Of a stretch of 62,850 nucleotides of DNA, positions 12,124-24,783 are shown piece after piece; position 1 is the first letter of the stretch; each line of letters starts with the position of its first letter. Made by a program: the position numbers and the translations under genes. Under the pieces are notes generated by a model. That model saw only the letters and a program-made list of their open reading frames with translations, searched no databases and was not told the origin of the DNA. The stretch lies in assembly GCF_004010195.1 (NCBI RefSeq), contig NC_057720.1, positions 1,252,706 to 1,315,555 of the forward strand, in the 5' to 3' direction. The DNA comes from Chiloscyllium plagiosum. Lineage: Eukaryota.

Positions 12124-12994
12124 GTAAAAACAATGACTGCAGATGCTGGAAACCAGATTCTGGATTAGTGGTGCTGGAAGAGGACAGCAGTTCAGGCAGC
12201 ATCTGAGGAGCAGTGAAATCGACGTTTCGGGCAAAAGCCCTTCATCAGGAATAAAGGCAGAGAGCCTGAAGCGTGGAGAGATAAGCTAGAGGAGGGTGGG
12301 GGTGGGGAGAGAGTGGCATAGAGTACAATAGGTCAGTGGGGAAGGAGATGAAGGTGATAGGTCAGGGAGGAGAGGGTGGAGTGGATAGGTGGAAAAGGAG
12401 ATAGGCAGGTAGGACAAGTCCGGACAAGTCATGGGGACAGTGCTGAGCTGGAAGTTTGGAACTAGGGTGAGGTGGGGGAAGGGGAAATGAGGAATCTGTT
12501 GAAATCCACATTGATGCCCTGGGGTTGAAGTGTTCCGAGGTGGAAGATGAGGCGTTCTTCTTCCATGCGTCTGGTGGTGAGGGAGCGGCGGTGGAGGAGG
12601 CCCAGGACCTCCATGTCCTTGGCAGAGTGGGAGGGGGAGTTGAAATGTTGGGGCACGGGGCGGTTTGGTTGATTGGTGCGGGTGTCTCTGAGATGTTCCC
12701 TAAAGCGCTCTGCTCGGAGGCGCCCAGTCTCCCCAATGTAGAGGAGACCGCATCGTGAGCAACGGATACAATAAATGATATTAGTGGATGTGCAGGTAAA
12801 ACTTTGATGGATGTGGAAGGCTCCTTTAGCGCCTTGGATAGAGGTGAGGGAGGGGGTGTGGGCGCAGGTTTTACAGTTCCTGCGGTGGCAGGGGCAAGTG
12901 CCAGGATGGGAGGGTGGGTTGTAGGGGGGCGTGGACCTGACCAGGTAGTCACGGAGGGAACGGTCTTTGCGGAAGGCGGAAAGGGGTGGTTGGG
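12124..12994 (-). mobile_element. 5'-truncated Penelope-like element (GIY-YIG endonuclease, 3' end, hammerhead)
   Basis: Minus strand encodes YIGETGR..RFREH and HFNSPSH..EERLIFHLGTLQPQGINVDF. 14-bp TSD AACAATCAAGTGAG at 12110-12123 and 12995-13008. Confidence 0.92.
12219..12252 (-). ncRNA. Minimal type-I hammerhead ribozyme motif, family A, intact
   Basis: AUUC CUGAUGA A GGGC-UUUU-GCCC GAAA CG UC GA: full catalytic core, 4-bp stem II, palindromic ACGU in place of stem III, GUC cleavage triplet. Confidence 0.8.
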
Positions 12995-13049
12995 AACAAT
13001 CAAGTGAGCCAGCCCAATACTTGGGAGTATAGGTTCAAAACTCACGATT

Positions 13050-13345
13050 GCAGTATTTAATTTAAAGTCAATTAATTTATCTGGAAATTTTTTTAAAAAC
13101 TAGTTTCAATAATGATGACCATGAAATCCCAGTCAATTACTGTTAAACCCAATCTGTCATTAATGTCCTTAAGGGAAGGAAATCTGCCATCTTTACTTGG
13201 TTGGTCTACATGTGACTCCAGATCCACGGTGATGTGGTTAATTATGAGATAGTCCCATAAGCCATTCAGTTGAAGGGCAATTAGAAATGGACAACAAATG
13301 GTAGCATTGTCAATCAGCGTCAAATCCCAGAAAAGAATAAAGAGA
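13050..13345 (+). mobile_element. Second SINE-like interspersed repeat (family not named)
   Basis: GAAGGAAATCTGCCATC...CTACATGTGACTCCAGA recurs at about 1132-1215, 36770-37025, 42200-42470(-) and 59355-59630(-). Confidence 0.7.
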
Positions 13346-13464
13346 AAAAGGTTTGGGGTATATTTGCTCTGGATTGCAGGTCCACATTACCACCAGCCAC
13401 CACCTCCTGAACAGCACCCAAATCTAAGCACCAAATTTTAGGATCAGACCATTAAAGAGCATAA

Positions 13465-13600
13465 TGTGGAGGTGCTGATGTTGGACTAGGAAGGACAAAG
13501 TCAAAGTCACATGACACCAGGTTATAGTCCAACAGGTTTATTTGAAATCACAAGCTTTCGGAGCTCTGCTCCTTTGTCAGATGAAGTGGAGGGTAGCACA
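13465..13600 (-). mobile_element. Degenerate PLE terminus, family B
   Basis: Shares CCAGGTTATAGTCCAACAGGTTTATTTG with the 46885 copy. Hammerhead remnant CTGACAAAGGAGCAGAGCTCCGAAAGCTT (G8 mutated). Confidence 0.7.
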
Positions 13601-13919
13601 CAGGCACAGAATTTATGTGCAGAGAGATCAGTGCAAGATAATTCCAGATAGTTAAGAGTGTCAAAGATAGTACAAATGGTGTGTATTTAGACCATTCTAA
13701 AGCATTAATGAAATACTTACTGATGTAATCTCTGCTGTCATGCAGGAATTGGATAAGGTGGAATAACCAGCTGTGCGATAGAATCATAGAGTCGTACAGT
13801 GCAGAAAGAAGGCATTCAACCCATTGTGACTGTAGCAGCTAAAGAAAGAGCTACCCAGCTAGTTCCACTCTCTGCAGCCCTCGAAATCTGGTACTGATCA
13901 GATGGTCTGTTTATTTTTG

Positions 13920-14070
13920 TGCTGTTGGGTGAAGGATCAGTGCTGGCCCCAGGACACAGTGCAGAAGCACCACTCTTTTTCAAAATACTGACAAGGGAAC
14001 TTTCACATCCACATGAGCAGCAGGTCAGAATCTCGATTCATGTTTCATCTCAAAATAACAGCACCAGGGA
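13920..14070 (-). mobile_element. Deu-domain SINE (SacSINE1/AmnSINE1-like) fragment
   Basis: Minus strand GGTGCTGTTATTTTGAGATGAAACATGAATCGAG...GTGGATGTGAAAGTTCCC...GTGTCCTGGGGCCA resembles the Deu domain as recalled. A related head fragment lies at about 54590-54750(-). Confidence 0.5.
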
Positions 14071-14079
14071 TGTAGGTTT

Positions 14080-14306
14080 TAGAATCTAGAATCCCTACAG
14101 GGTGGAAAGAAGTCTCTGAAGGGCATCTCACACAGACCCACCCTATCCCCATTTCCCATGGCTAATCTACCTAACCTGCTCATCTTTGGACTGTGGGAGG
14201 AAACCCACCCAGACACAGGAAAAATAGGCAAATTCCATAGACAGCTGCCTGAGGTTGGAATTGAAGCCAGGTCCCCAGCACTGTGAGGCAGCAGCACTAA
14301 CCACTA
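14080..14306 (-). mobile_element. Degenerate HE1-like V-SINE
   Basis: Similarity to the other copies (ATCTTTGGACTGTGGGAGGAAACC ... CTGTGAGGCAGCAG). Confidence 0.75.
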
Positions 14307-14944
14307 AACTATCCATCCTCAGTGAACGTGGAAGGACTGGAGAAGCCGGGATTGTTCTCAGAGCAGAGAAGGTTCTGGAGGTTAACCGAGGTGTTCAAAA
14401 TCATGGAGAGAGTTTGATGGAGTAAATCAGGAGAGAGTGTTTCCAGGGGCAGGAGGGTGAGGGAGCAGAGGGAGACAGATTGAAAGGTGTAAAAGCCCCA
14501 GGGGGATTGTTTTACACAGTGAGTTGTTGTGATCTGGAGTGTGCTGCCTGAAAGGGTGGTGGGAGCAGATTCAATCAGAACTTTCACACAGGAACCAGGA
14601 AAACACTGGAAGGAGGAGTATAAAATGCAGCATTGTGGGGAAAGAATGGGTAAGTGGGCTAAACTGTAACTCCACCAAAGAACCAGTAGAGACAGGACTG
14701 ACTGAATGGCCTCCTTCATGCTGTATGAATCTGTGATTCTTGTAAATTCTCCCTCGGTATTTTCCCATAAATCATTAGAAAAATGTCAAAACTGAGGCAT
14801 GTTAGCAAATATTATATAATCAAAAATTTAGCCAAAAACGTAGATGTTAAGGAGACAGGAGTGGAGATGGAGGGGTTGAGGAGGGATTGAGAGTGGGAGA
14901 GTGTTAGGAGGTCTTTGGGACAGTTGAGTCTGGAAGTGACTCAC

Positions 14945-15030
14945 CGTCACAAATGCTGCAGAGATGAAGTAGAGACAACCCATTCTTTGTCCGGTAGTTC
15001 ATGTTCACTTTACTAAAGGCTTCGTCTGAA
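14945..15030 (-). CDS. TNNI3K: TNNI3K exon 3 (86 nt), [28 protein letters not shown](G)
   Basis: Acceptor ttctttccag|T TCA GAC; donor GAC G|gtgagt. Start of the ankyrin region. Confidence 0.95.
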
Positions 15031-16119
15031 CTGGAAAGAAAGATATTTTCCAGAATTCAATCTCTGAAACCACAACAGAACGTATAATTGATCCTGTTCA
15101 AAAAATACATTTTGATATCATCTCTTTCTAAAGTGCCCAGGTATTTGACCATCTCTTTCTAAAGTGCCCAGGTATTTGACCATAAATGCCAACACAGAAC
15201 AATTCAGGTGTTGTGAATTCCAGTTTTTAATACTCAGTCATAGGACATAGGCATTGCTGGCTGGATCAGTATTTATTACCTGTCCCTAGTTGCCCCTTGA
15301 GAAGGTGGGGATGAGCTGCCTTCTTGAACCACTGCAGTCTATGTGCTGTGGGTAGACCTACAATGCACTTAAGGAGGGAATTCCAGGATTTTGACCCAGT
15401 GACACTGAAGGAACAGGAATATACTTCCAAGTCAGGATGGTGAGTGGCTTAGAGGGGAACTTGAAAATGGTTTCCATTTATCTACTGCCCTTGTCCTTCT
15501 AGATGGAAGTGGTCAAATGTTTGGAAGGTGCTGTCTGAGGATCTGTGGTAAGTTTTTGCAGTGCATCTTGTAGATAGTACACACAGCTGTTACTGAGCGT
15601 CAGTGGTGGAGGGAGAGGATGTTTGTGGATATGGTGACAAAACACTGAGAACCAAGGTAGGTTAGTGAACATGGGGGAATATGGGTAAATGAATGGCTTT
15701 TCTGGTGAAGAAAGATTGGACAAGCTAAATGTTTACTAACGAAGATTAAAAGAGTAAGAGGCAATTTGATTGAAACAGCTGAAGTTCTGAGGACTCTTGA
15801 CTGAGTGGATGTGAAGAGGATGTTTCCTGCTTTGGGAGAATCCAGAATTAGGGGTCACTATGTAAAAATAAGGGAATACACATTTAACACAGAGATAAGG
15901 AGAATTTATTTTTCTCACAGAGGGCCATAATTCTTTGGAACGTGGAAGTTGTCGTTAAGATTTTTACAGCAAAGTGGATAGATTCTGGATAAGCAACGGT
16001 TTGGAAAGTGGTCCACTGTATGTGGAAATGTTGAGTAAGTAGATCGTGGTCAAATTGAATGGGGAAGCAGGCTTGAATGGCCGAGTGGCCTACTCCTCCT
16101 TATAATTGATGTGCTCATC

Positions 16120-19100
16120 CATATATTTGTCTGGGTGTTGGTGTGAGCTGTGAGCTGGTCCACAGTTTATGATAAACTGAATTTTGAACAGGGTGGAAAA
16201 TGGGAGATGTGTTAGAGCTTGCTGGAATACTCACATTCGAAGGTAAAAAAGTTATGGATAACAGTTCCAACAACAGGAACTGGAGGATTAGTGGGCCTGT
16301 GGGTGGAGCTAAGAAATAAGACGTGAATGGTGATGTTATTGGGGTTGTACCATAGGCCACCAAATAATCAATGGGAAACAAAGGAACAAATACACAGGGA
16401 GATTGGGAGACTTGCAGGAACAATAGGGTTATCATAGGAGGGGACTTTAATTTTCCTAATATAGATTGGGATTGCCAGAATGTTAAGGGATAAAGTGGGG
16501 TGGAATCTGCTAAGTGTGTTCAGGAAAGTTTCCTCAAGCATAGGGTTTATAGAGGGTCCTATTCGAGAAGGGACAAAACTCGACCTACACTTGGGAAATA
16601 GGACAGGACAGGTGACAGAGGTTACAGTGAGGGAGCACTTTTAGATTAGATTACTTACAGTAAGGAAACAGGCCCTTCGGCCCAACAAGTCCACACCGCC
16701 CCGCCGAAGCGCTACCCACCCATACCCATACATTTACCCCTTACCTAACACTACGGGCAATTTAGCATGGCCAATTCACCTGACCTGCACATCTTTGGAC
16801 TGTGGGAGGAAACCGGAGGAAACCCACACAGACACGGGGAGAACGTGCAAACTCCACACAGTCAGTCGCCTGAGGCGGGAATTGAACCTGGGTCTCTGGC
16901 GCTGTGAGGCAGCAGTGCTAACCACTGTGCCACCGTGCCGCTCAGTGATCATAGTTCCATTAATTTTAAAATAGTTATGGAGAGGGACAAAACTGGTCCA
17001 CATGTTCTAGCATTCAGCCTCTCACGGCCAGACTGTGCAATAGTTTCTTCCCCCAAGCCATCAGGCTCCTTAACACTGCATGAGCGGGCTCTTTTACATC
17101 TGGAATTCTTTGCACGACTTTGAAGTGCTGCTGGAACAATGTCTATTAATTATCATTCCTTTATTACACTGAAATTTATGTTTTGCACTTCTTATGCACT
17201 TTATGCCGCCCTTTGTACGATTGTGTAACTTGTGCTGTCCATGTAGCACCTTGGTCCCGGAGGAACACTGTCTTGTTTTTTACTGTATCAGTTGTATGAG
17301 GTAGAAATGACAAATAAAAACTACTCTACTGTACATTACTCTAAACTGGAGCAAGGTGAATTTTGATGGAATGCGACAGGAGCTTGCAGAAGTTGATTGG
17401 AGTAGTTTGTTTGTAGGCAGAGACCTCCGGCAAGTGGGAAGCCTTGAAAAACTGAGAGAGCGAGGGTTCACGGTCTATATGTTCCTGTGAGGGTGAAGGG
17501 CAAGGTTGACAGGAATAGAGAACCCAGGATGACAAGAGATATTGAGGCTTTGACCAGAAAAAAAGGTGTGGCTCAGATACAGGCAGCTGGGATCAAGGGC
17601 ATCCCTGGAGCTATATAGGGAATACAGGAGTTTACTGAAGAAGGAAATCAGGAGGGCGAAAAGGGGGCACGAGATATTCTGGGCTGAGAAGATTAGGGTG
17701 AATCCAAAGAGGTTCTTTAAGTATATTAAAGTAAAAAGAATAACTAGAGAGAGAGTATAGGGCCCTCAAGGACCAAAGTGACCATGTCTGTGTAGAACCA
17801 CAGGAGATGGGAGAGGTTCTCAATGAATATTTCTCTTTTGTGTTTACCATGGAGAAAGACATGAAGACTTGGGAACTTGGGGAAGTTAGTGGTGATATCT
17901 TGGAGACAGTCCATATCACAGAAGAGAAGGTATTGGATGCATTAGAATGTATAAAAGTGGTTAAATCTCCTGGTCCTGACCAGATATATCCAAGAACACT
18001 GCAAGAGGTTAGAGAAGAAATTTTGGGGGCCCTGCCTGATATTTTTTGCATCATTGTTAGCCACAGGTGAGGTCCCAGAAGACTGGAGGGTGGAGAATGT
18101 TGTGCCATTATTTAAGAAGGGTTGCAAAGAAAATCCTGGGAACTATAGACCAGTAAGCCTAACATCTGTGGTGGGTGAGTTACTTGAGAAGTTTTTGAGG
18201 GATAAGATTTACATGCATTTGGAAAGACAGGATTTGATTAGGAACAGTCAGCATGGCTGTGTGGATGGGAGATCATGCCTCACAAATTTGTTAGAGTTTT
18301 TTGATGAAGTGACCAGGAAGGTTGATGAGGGCAGGCCGGTCTATATGGATTTCAATAAGGCCTTTGTTAAGATTCCACATGGTACGCTGCTCTAGAAGGT
18401 TAGATCGCATGGAATCCAGGGGGAGCTGACAAATTGGATACACAATTGGCTTAATGTTAGGAAACAGAGGGTAATAGTGGAAGTATGCTTGACTGACTGG
18501 AGGCCTGTGACTGGTGGTGGTGCCTCAGGGATCGGTGCTGGGCCCATTATTGTTTGTTATCAATGATTTGGATGAGAATGTACAAGGCAGGATTAGTTAG
18601 TTTGCAGATGACACTAAAGTAGGCAGTATCATGGAGAGTGAGGAAAGTTATCAGAAATTGCAGCAGGACCTTGATCAGCTGGGGAAGTGGGCCGAGAAAT
18701 GGTAAATAGAGTTTAATATCGATAAGTGTGAGGTCTCGCATTTTGGAAAATCAAATCAAGGTAGGAGTTTCATGGTGAATGGTAGGGCCTTAAGGAGTGT
18801 AGTGGAACAGAGGGACCTTGGAGTTCAGGTGCATGATTCTCTAAAAGTGGAGTCCCAGGTAGACAGGGCATTGAAGAAGGCTTTTGGCACATTGGCTTTC
18901 ATCAGTCAGGACATTGAGTATAGAAGTTGGGAAATTATGTTGCAGTTGTACAGGACATTGGTGTGGCCGCACTTGGATATTGTGTTACGCTTTGGTCACC
19001 TTGCTATAGGAAGGATGTTATTAAACTGGAAATTTACAAGATTGTTACCAGGGCTCAATGGTCTGAATTATAGGGAGAGGTTGGTCAAGTTAGGACAAGA

Positions 19101-19450
19101 TGTAGATTGTAGGAGACTGAGGGGGGAGTCTTATAGAGGTGTATAAGATCATGAGAGGCATGGATAGATTGAATGCGCTCAATCTTTTTCCCAAGGTTGG
19201 GGAATCGAGGGTTAGAGGGCATCAGGTTAAGGTTAGAGGGTGGTACGCATATGGAATGAGCTGCTAGTGGTTGAGGCGGGTACATTAACAACATTTAAAA
19301 GACATTTGGACAAATACATGGATAGGAAAGATTTAGAAGGATATGGGCCAAATGCAGGGAAATGGTGTTCGTGTGGACGGACATTTTGGTCGTCATGGTC
19401 CAATTTGGGCCAAAGGGCCTGTCTCTGTGCTCTAGGACTCTGTGACTCAA
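16120..19450 (+). mobile_element. Decayed near-full CR1 ORF2 with nested SINE and a Rex1 3' fragment (about 17011-17340)
   Basis: GDFN, SDH, KSPGPD, NYRPVSLTSVV, FADDTK and the CR1 C-terminus, with stops and frameshifts. Confidence 0.9.
16641..16941 (-). mobile_element. HE1-like V-SINE, young copy nested in CR1
   Basis: A box TGGCACAGTGG, B box GGTTCAATTCC, V-domain GTGGGTTTCCTCCGG, CR1-derived tail ending in (TAATC)n. Confidence 0.88.
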
Positions 19451-19653
19451 TAACAGAGGAACTGAGACATGATAGAGATCAGAAATATAACAAAGTTGGT
19501 AACTGATAGTCTTTGGTCTTTGACAATAGAGAGAACATGGAGGCTGAAACTTCCCTCACGATCAAGTAGGTCACCAAGTTGTCTGAGCCTGACACTAGAT
19601 CCTTTCAAACTCCAAAATAATTAAAAACAATATCAGACTTTCCTCCTCCTTAC

Positions 19654-19762
19654 CTGAAGACATGCTTAAGTTCCAGAAGTTCATTGTCTTTAATGCACAG
19701 ATCATCCTCCAGTCTCTCGACCACAGCACCATAAGATTCACTCACTTTCTTCTTCCACTCAT
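19654..19762 (-). CDS. TNNI3K: TNNI3K exon 2 (109 nt), (D)[35 protein letters not shown](S)
   Basis: Acceptor tttcttccgag|AT GAG TGG AAG; donor TTC AG|gtaagg. In frame with exons 1 and 3. Confidence 0.95.
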
Positions 19763-20107
19763 CTCGGAAGAAACAACACATTTTAGTTAAAACCTCTTCC
19801 TCTCAACAAATTTCTTGCTTCCCTCTCCTTCGGCAGGTTATTCACAATTTCACCTCCACCTACTGCAGCATGAACTGAACTATACAATCCGACAGTACAG
19901 AGCAGCCCATTGGCTGCTTATTGTGGTTGTACAAGCTCTTCAAAAGAGGGAAACACTTAATCCCACTTTTCAGTGGACAGACATTAATCCCCATATCCAG
20001 ACATTTTTTGACCATTTCCAGTATTTCTCGAATTCTCTTTGTGAAAGTTATTATTGAACTTATTTCCAATGCCCATTCAGGCAGCACATTCCAGATCACA
20101 ATAACAC

Positions 20108-20320
20108 ATGAGTGCTACCGAGATAACACATGGTCTGTCCCATCACAGGCCCAAACACTCTGGACCATTGCTATACAAACACCAAAAATGCCTCCCCCTC
20201 TATCCTCCACCTACATTTTGGAAAATCAGACCATAAGTCTCTTCTCCTTCTCCAGGTTTACAAAGCAGAAGCTGGAGTGTGAGGATCTGGTACAGAAAGT
20301 CAGACAGTGGTGCTCTGAGG
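20108..20320 (+). mobile_element. Rex1/Babar endonuclease fragment
   Basis: Frameshifted GPNTLDHCYTN...HFGKSDH...KQKL. Confidence 0.6.
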
Positions 20321-20323
20321 TAA

Positions 20324-21560
20324 CACATTGAGTTTTGTGAAGAAGTTACAAAGAGGATTGATGAGGGCAAAGTGGTGGACATGATCTATATGGACTTCAG
20401 TAAGGCAAGGTTCCCCATGGGAGACTGATTAGCAAGGTTAGATCTCATGGAATACAGGGAGAACTAGCCATTTGGATACAGAACTGGCTCAAAGGTAGAA
20501 GACAGAGGGTGGTGGTGGGTTGTTTTTCAGACTGGAGGCCAGTGACCAGTGGAGTGCCACAAGGATTGGTGCTGGGCCCTCTACTTTTTGTCATTTACAT
20601 AAATGATTTGGATGCGAGCATAAGAGGGACAGTTAGTAAGTTTGCAGATGACACCAAAATTGGAGGTGTAGTGGACAGCGAAGAGGGTTACCTCAGATTA
20701 CGACAGGATCTGGACCAGATGGGCCAATGGGCTGAGAAGTGGCAGATGGAGTTTAATTTAGATTAAGGTGAGGTGCTGCATTTTGGGAAAGCAAATCTTA
20801 GCAGAACTTATACATTTAATGGTAAGGTCCTAGGGAGCGTTACTGAACAAAGAGACCTTGGAGTTCAGGTTCATAGCTCCTTGAAAGCGGAGTTGCAGGT
20901 AGATAGGATAGTGAAGAAGGTGTTTGGTATGCTTTCCTTTATTGGTCAGTTTATTGAGTACAGGAGCTGGGAGGTCATGTTGCGGCTGTACAGGACATTG
21001 ATTAGGCCACTGTTGGAATATTGCGTGCAATTCTGGTCTCCTTCCTATCGGAAAGATGTTGTGAAACCTGAAAGGATTCAGAAAAGATTTACAAGGATGT
21101 TGCCAGGGTTGGAGGATTTGAGCTATAGGGAGAGGCTGAACAGGCTGGGGCTGTTTTCACTGGAGCGTCGGAGGCTGAGGGGTGACCTTATCGAGGTTTA
21201 CAAAAGCATAAGGGGCATGGATAGGATAAATAGACAAAGTCTTTTCCCTGTGGTGGTAGAGTCCAGAACTAGAGGGCATAGGTTTAGGGTGAGAGGAGAA
21301 AGATATAAAAGAGATCTAAGGGGCAAATTTTTCACACAGGGGGTGGTACGTGTGTGGAATGAGCTGCCAGAGGAAGTGGTGGAGGCTGGTACAATTGCAG
21401 CACTTAAAAGGCATTTGGATGGGTATATGAATAGGAAGAGTTTGGAGGGATATGGGCCGGGTGCTGGCAGGTGGGACTAGATTGGGTTGGGATATCTGGT
21501 CGGCATGGACGGGTTGTACCGAAGGGTCTGTTTCCATGCTGTACATCTCTATAACTCTGT
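20324..21560 (+). mobile_element. Young 5'-truncated CR1 LINE (RT C-terminal half, 3' UTR)
   Basis: ORFs 20509..20766 and 20773..21480 are nearly open: [22 protein letters not shown]. Confidence 0.93.
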
Positions 21561-21984
21561 GACTATGTGAGCTTATATGTTACTGCTTGGAGTCAGTGAA
21601 CTGGTCCATATTTAAGATCTCATCAGGCAGCCTAAAGGAGTATGCAACTACAGTCGCAGAGTTCATCAGAAAATGTGTAAATGATTGTGTGCCAATCCAG
21701 ATGCATCACAGCTTCATTTAGTAAACGGCTTAGCTTAAGACCACAGGATATGACAGAGAATTGTGAACATTTTATTGAGTCACTCACGCCTGCTCACATT
21801 GCAGTAAATCTCCTTTGCACCATAGAAAATATTTAATTCCAATCAGACCCATAGTATTCTGGTGAAAATGCCCATGAGAGTCTCATTGAAACATGTTAAT
21901 GAATTCTGCATGAAATATGGAAAGTAGGTTTTAGTGTTCCACAATAACACAGGCTTCCTATTCCTGACCTCACTGGCATTTAGC

Positions 21985-22150
21985 ACTGGAAGTAGTCCTG
22001 AGATTGCAACCCAGAGCTCCTGCTTTTCAACTTCCTGCCTAACCTCCTGAACTTCCTTTGCAGGACATCCTCTCTCTTCCTGCCCAGGTTGGTAGTACTA
22101 ACAGGGAGCACAACATCGAGCTGTTCATCCTCCCCAGGTATTGCAGGAGG
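21985..22150 (-). mobile_element. CR1 ORF1 esterase-like fragment (similar piece at about 28250-28670)
   Basis: Minus strand VVLPVSTTNLGRKREDVLQRKFRRLGRKLKSRSS resembles the CR1 ORF1 SGNH block. Confidence 0.55.
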
Positions 22151-24484
22151 AGCATCCCACTGAGTTGTGTTCTCCTGCTATTGTGAATCCTATCGACTAA
22201 ATCAATTTAAATCAATTTTATCAATAATTCAGGAACTGATAACACAATCTAATCCACTCATCAGCAAACCTGGTTCTCCCATTCCCACTCCCTATACCAT
22301 GCAGACTACAACCACAAAAAGTGAGTACTTTATCTTTCTCCAATTAACTAAATCTGCAAACCTGGTTCTTGAACAGTCAAGCCTTGGTCACCTTTTCAGT
22401 CATGACTTCAGCTGTGCCCCAAAATTCGCCCCCAGGGTCACTCTCACTGACCCTACTCCCTTGGTACTTATCCTGCTTATCACCTCCAGGTTCATTTTCC
22501 TTCGCTTTGTTGCTGCTGCTGTTGCTGTTCAGATTGACCAAGGGCCTAAAGATCCGTAAAACCCTTACTTGACCCCTCTCCCAGCTTTTTATCCCTGTTG
22601 TAAACAGTGACTAACATGTTGATACATTTGCAAATGAGTTACTTAGGTTCCATCGTTTTGCAATATTTCCTTTTTTATGTTTGTTCTCATTTCTCCCACC
22701 CATCTCCATATTCTTTATTCGCTTCATCTCTGTCATTGGATGGTGAGGAAAGCTTATGTCAAGTATGTGAGGTGAAGTTGGTGAGTGTCTTGTTTATCTT
22801 TGCTGCCTTCTGCTGTATCTGGAGTGTATTGATCTGGTGGTTTGACTCAATGCCCTGAATGGACAGTACTATTGAAAGTTGATGTAACTGCAGGAGTATC
22901 TGGGGAAATTGTGTCGTTGCTCCTTCACTGTCATGGGGACAGACAGAGCTACAGCACAGAGAAAGCCATTTGGCCTCAGCTGGTCAAAAACAACCACCTA
23001 ACTATACAAATCCCATTTGTCTGCACTTGGCCCACAGCCTTGTATGCCTTGGCATCATAAACATATAGAACATAGAAGAATACAGCGCAGTACAGGCCCT
23101 TCGGCCCTCGATGTTGCGCCGATCCCTAACTTCAGTCCTATATCTACCCCCCCTTAATTTAAAGCTATAAGTGTGCATCTAAATCCTTCTTCAACGCAAT
23201 GAGGGATTCTGCCTCTCCCATCCCACAGGCAGTACATCTCAGATTCCCACCACCCTGTGGGTACAAGTCTTTTTCCTCATATCACCTCTAAACCTCCTGC
23301 CCATTCACTTACATCTATGCCCGTGGTCATTGACCACTCCATGTCATTATCATCTGCATTGGATGATGAACCATAAGAATATATTGTTGATATAAGGCTG
23401 GACAGTTTTGTCTTTGTTAATATGGAATTTTGGAACCATGCCTGTGACAAGATATCATCACATTAGTTTGCTTAGGATTTCACACTGAAGTTGTCATGTG
23501 CGGGGCATGTTTTGGTTGAGAGATCTGCCTCCTCTGTAATGTTTCCAGATTTTCCAGATTTAGTGTTTACTGCTATTTGATTTGCTTATTCCCAAGTTAT
23601 TTTTTAAATTGAAGATCAATGACTGATTTATCTGAACACCAATGATGATTGTGTTGCAAATGAACTTTTGATGTACGTTTCAACAGTTGTATGATGTAAA
23701 TAGCACACGTAGCTTTTTAATGAAGTTATCGACAGACCCTCCTAAGGGCTGGTATCTGCTATGGAAGCATGATCTCGCCAGTGTCTTATTTCTTCTTGAA
23801 GTGAACTATTGATCAGCAATGAAGTTGTTAAACATATTTCTCATTTATCTGTTATCTAAATAACACATGATCTGATGTTCTTCTCATGTAGCAGAGAAGT
23901 GTGCTACTTTGTCCGGCATTTGATTTGTTGAGGTTGTTTGAAAAATTGGGAATTATGCTCAGCACATTTGATAATTTACTGATCTATTAAATGGGTCTTT
24001 TATCTTGAATTTATCTGGTGGAAAGATCAGTACCAGAAATGATGCTGCATTGACTGATTGTTAATACACATATGAAGTTGTTGTAGGGTCTCCCATCAGT
24101 ATCTAAACAATAAGCAGATAGTGAAAAGTAGGTGGATCCTATTCGGGGCAAAGAGAGTGATGTACGATTATACATTTCTGTATACTCAAAGCAAAATTGG
24201 AGGGATATTTGTACTCAGACCTCTGGAAAGCCTGACAGGGCTCTGTCCCACTCTGTGAGTGGAAAAGAAGCAGCACTCAAAGACTCTGGAAAGAAAAACT
24301 TCAAACTCAAGCCAAGACCTGGGTGTAAGTGACTGGCTGCCTAATTAAGGATTTCCTGCAGGTGACAGTGATACCATTGCCCAAAACCAATTGAACTGTA
24401 AGAAAATCACCTCATTCCAGCCATGTATTTTGGATCCTAGCTCCACAGAAATCCACTCCCTTTAGCTGATGCTTTCTACATCAT

Positions 24485-24783
24485 GGGTGATGTGGTGGCA
24501 CAATGGTTAGCACTGCTGCCTCACAGCGCCAGAGACCCGGGTTCAATTCCCGCCTCAGGCGATTGACTGTGTGGAGTTTGCACATTCTCCCCGTGTCTGC
24601 GTGGGTTTCCTCTGGTTTTCTCCCACAGTCCAAAAATGTGCAGGTTAGGTGAATTGGCCATGCTAACATTGCCTGTAGTGTTAGGTGTAGGGGAATGGGT
24701 CTGGGTGGGTTGCACTTCGGAGGGTCGGTGTGGACTTGTTGGGCCAAAGGGCCTGTTTCCACACTGTAAGTAATCTAATCTAC
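24485..24783 (+). mobile_element. HE1-like V-SINE
   Basis: A/B boxes, V-domain, tail GGGCCTGTTTCCACACTGTAAGTAATCTAATCTA. Confidence 0.88.
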
